Position numbers and translations under genes: made by a program. A stretch of DNA of 63,461 nucleotides, counting the filler, from Folioceros fuciformis (taxonomy: Eukaryota): assembly GCA_049999805.1 (NCBI GenBank). It is 22 parts of 22 records of this genome, joined end to end, with 100 filler letters (N's around TTAATTAATTAA, not from the genome) between each part and the next. Parts side by side here need not be neighbours in the genome. Positions count along the whole stretch, not along the records: positions 58,406 to 62,352 come from JBNGIO010006689.1; positions 62,453 to 63,461 come from JBNGIO010006691.1; 20 more parts are not named here. The stretch is one strand, 5' to 3'. Positions 61,312-63,461 of the stretch are shown piece by piece. The notes beneath the pieces were generated by a model that saw only the letters and a program-made list of their open reading frames with translations, ran no database searches and was not told the DNA's origin. The stretch's first letter is position 1; every line of letters begins with the position of its first letter.

Positions 61312-62452
61312 GTCGGGGCTAGCCTCCTTCCCTTGACAAAGCACGTAGGATTAGCAGGCACATCAGCCATAGCATGTATTGCTTGAGGGCTTTAGGAGGT
61401 TTCCTTTCAAAGAGTCGTTTGTCTTCTTGAAAGGCCGGATGTGACCTGATTTTGAAGATTATGATTTGAACGTGATTGTGGTACTCGTGATTCGAGGCCA
61501 TATCAACTTCGAGGCAATATTTGTTGAAAGTTTCTGATAAATAAATAAATAAATCATGTTAGGTTATAGAAGTACAAGTTGTGGAGAGGCATGTACATGG
61601 CTCTAATAATCAGGTGACACACTTCCACACATCCATACCAAACTATTATGCTCACTACCTAGATGCATCACTGCGCGGGATGGAAAACGTTTGGATTGAC
61701 GAACACCCATCCAACTAACAAATCGCACGCGCCTTTGTAAGGCGCGTGCGACATGTTAGTTGGACTCTAGACAAAGAAAGATAGCGCCGAAACTCGACTT
61801 GGGTAGGGGCGCGAGTCACAAGCGAATTGCTGTGAAAACGCATTGGGCTGGGAGGAAACGGCAACTCGGATAAAGCTAGAACGTGTCGGGGCGTGCTTGG
61901 AGTTAGGTCACTCACCAAAGTTACCGACCTCAAACCTGAAACTTGAAACAACACGCCACACCAAATGGACGAACGCTATCGCTGCAGGCAAGCAGGTCCC
62001 AAGTGCAGTGTTGGGAGTGGCAGGGAGTCGCAGGGACACTGTGAGGCACACAACAGCGTGACGCAAGCAGAGGAGGATTGCTCGGTTATTTGGAGAAAGC
62101 TACACCACCTCCGACTCCTGTCTCTGACACATTGCATGACCAAGATTCCTCAAGATTCAATGTCCATGGCACTCACAGATTCATGCGGATTCCAGTCGCC
62201 GCTCAGGGGCCTTCAAGTTGCCTATGCTGGAACCCTCTGACACCTGAGCGACAGCGGCGGGCCCGCGCCCAAAACCGTTAGCATTTCGATCGTGCGCTAG
62301 CAGACATCCTCCCGAGGTATATCCTCCTTCCCTAGTCGCACATGCATGGCATNNNNNNNNNNNNNNNNNNNNNNNNNNNNNNNNNNNNNNNNNNNNTTAA
62401 TTAATTAANNNNNNNNNNNNNNNNNNNNNNNNNNNNNNNNNNNNNNNNNNNN

Positions 62453-62510
62453 GGCTAACGTTGAAGGTAAGCGGCTGCCGCAGGCAGTCCGCTTGACCGG
62501 CGGGTTAGCC
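62453..62510 (-). mobile_element. Integron attC site (58 bp)
   Basis: Minus strand GGCTAAC..TCAAGCGG..CCGCTTA..GTTAGCC shows the R''/L''/L'/R' imperfect palindrome. Confidence 0.9.
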
Positions 62511-62714
62511 GTGCGGAATGCGGTAAAGCCGGAACCGCAAGGCGACTGCGCGACCATAAAGCGCAATGCATGCCACGCGCCTTACGACAAAGACAGGCCG
62601 TGCGCGGGCTGCCGCAGGACAGACCGCCACGCACGGCGCCGCCACGACGGCTAACGAGATGCGCCCTACTCGAACGACGCGCTCCAGCTTGCATGAAAAG
62701 AATGAATTGCGGAC

Positions 62715-62792
62715 GGCTAACGTCTGACATGAGCGGAGAGACTAAAGGCGCGAAGCGGCTTTAGGCACGTCCGCTCGATGGAAGGGTTAGGT
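62715..62792 (-). mobile_element. Integron attC site (78 bp)
   Basis: Minus strand ACCTAAC..TCGAGCGG..CCGCTCATGTCAGAC-GTTAGCC, 8 nt after the gene stop. Confidence 0.92.
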
Positions 62793-62800
62793 CTCACCGC

Positions 62801-63403
62801 TCAATACACGCACGGCAGGACGCTAGGACCGACAGCTGGCTCACCGTACTTTGCTGACCGAACGTATTCGTCGAATAGCCTCTTGTCCTCCGCCGCCTCC
62901 GCCGCGGTGATGCCGATCCGCTCAAACGTGAGCATGTAGACCAAACCAGGCTCAGCAAGCAAGTATTGGATCGCGTAGTCATCTCTGTTGGCCTGCTCCT
63001 CATACACAACCACGGCAGAAGAGGCGGGGAAAGCTACGACTCCAAAGGGGGAGTGCGGCTCAAGCAGCTTCGTGCGTTCGATTTTCCTGAGACTCGCCAT
63101 CTTGAGAGCAGCGAACTCTTGAAGAGTGTCTTGCGCTGACGGTTCCCCGGTCTGACCTTCCGTTGGCGGGCGATGAAGGCTGACTACGCGGAACTTCTCC
63201 CCGCGCGATGCGCGAGCATCGATGCCGCCGTTGGCGATAGAGACTGACCAGTCCGAAGGGAGCCTCATACGGACGTGACCGAGGCAGACAGTCCGCTCAA
63301 GCGCAGCTGAGGTCTTCGAAGAGCTCTCAGACGCCGGAACCGAGGGCAACTGCGACGCGCAGCCACTCAGGGAGAGTAAAACAGTCGTCGCAATCTTGCG
63401 CAT
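62801..63403 (-). CDS. Bacterial lipoprotein of unknown function (integron gene cassette)
   Basis: MRK + hydrophobic stretch + LSGC lipobox. Fills the space between two attC sites, with no room for a promoter. Confidence 0.8.
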   Translation of the reverse strand: MRKIATTVLLSLSGCASQLPSVPASESSSKTSAALERTVCLGHVRMRLPSDWSVSIANGGIDARASRGEKFRVVSLHRPPTEGQTGEPSAQDTLQEFAALKMASLRKIERTKLLEPHSPFGVVAFPASSAVVVYEEQANRDDYAIQYLLAEPGLVYMLTFERIGITAAEAAEDKRLFDEYVRSAKYGEPAVGPSVLPCVY

Positions 63404-63412
63404 GGCATTGGG

Positions 63413-63461
63413 ACCTAACGTTGAAGGTAAGCGGCTGCCGCAGGCAGTCCGCTTGACCGGC
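63413..63461 (-). mobile_element. Integron attC site, truncated by the window end
   Basis: 47 nt identical to the first attC, with core site GTTAGGT. Confidence 0.85.

Noticed and set aside
62455-62730. 91-aa ORF spanning the small cassette
   Set aside because: It starts and ends inside attC sequence, typical of spurious read-through of GC-rich palindromes.
62453-63461. The 47-nt terminal repeat as a CRISPR repeat or an excised circle
   Set aside because: The structure is attC. The bases beyond the core differ (GTTAGCC vs GTTAGGT), so different cassettes follow.

Overview
This window is not continuous sequence. It is 22 short contigs (about 1-6 kb) joined by an artificial N44-TTAATTAATTAA-N44 spacer, so adjacency across spacers means nothing. 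Several contig ends share exact 47-nt overlaps, which look like assembly-graph joins. Twenty-one contigs are from a compact land-plant genome with GC-rich exons and ~100-nt introns; a non-seed plant is likely, but that is inference. About half the window is Ty1/copia LTR-retrotransposon sequence from about five families, plus one solo LTR with a 5-bp TSD. Host genes or fragments are: two tandem polyphenol oxidases, a DREB/ERF factor, an 11S-like bicupin pseudogene, Rab-GDI plus a broken duplicate, a HemW/HemN-like radical SAM protein, an RluA pseudouridine synthase, BRE/BRCC45, an Lhcb3-like fragment and a TPR-SET gene. The last contig is bacterial and is part of an integron cassette array (three attC sites, a lipoprotein cassette and an apparently non-coding cassette). 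Three observations stand out. (1) A 1,484-bp self-looping unit, probably tandem, carries an intronless and very divergent TATA-binding-protein-like gene; it occurs as two independently decayed copies whose consensus is an open ~283-aa protein. (2) Two different copia families carry apparently spliced antisense accessory genes downstream of pol. (3) One copia leader has extra ORFs in frame with gag-pol.
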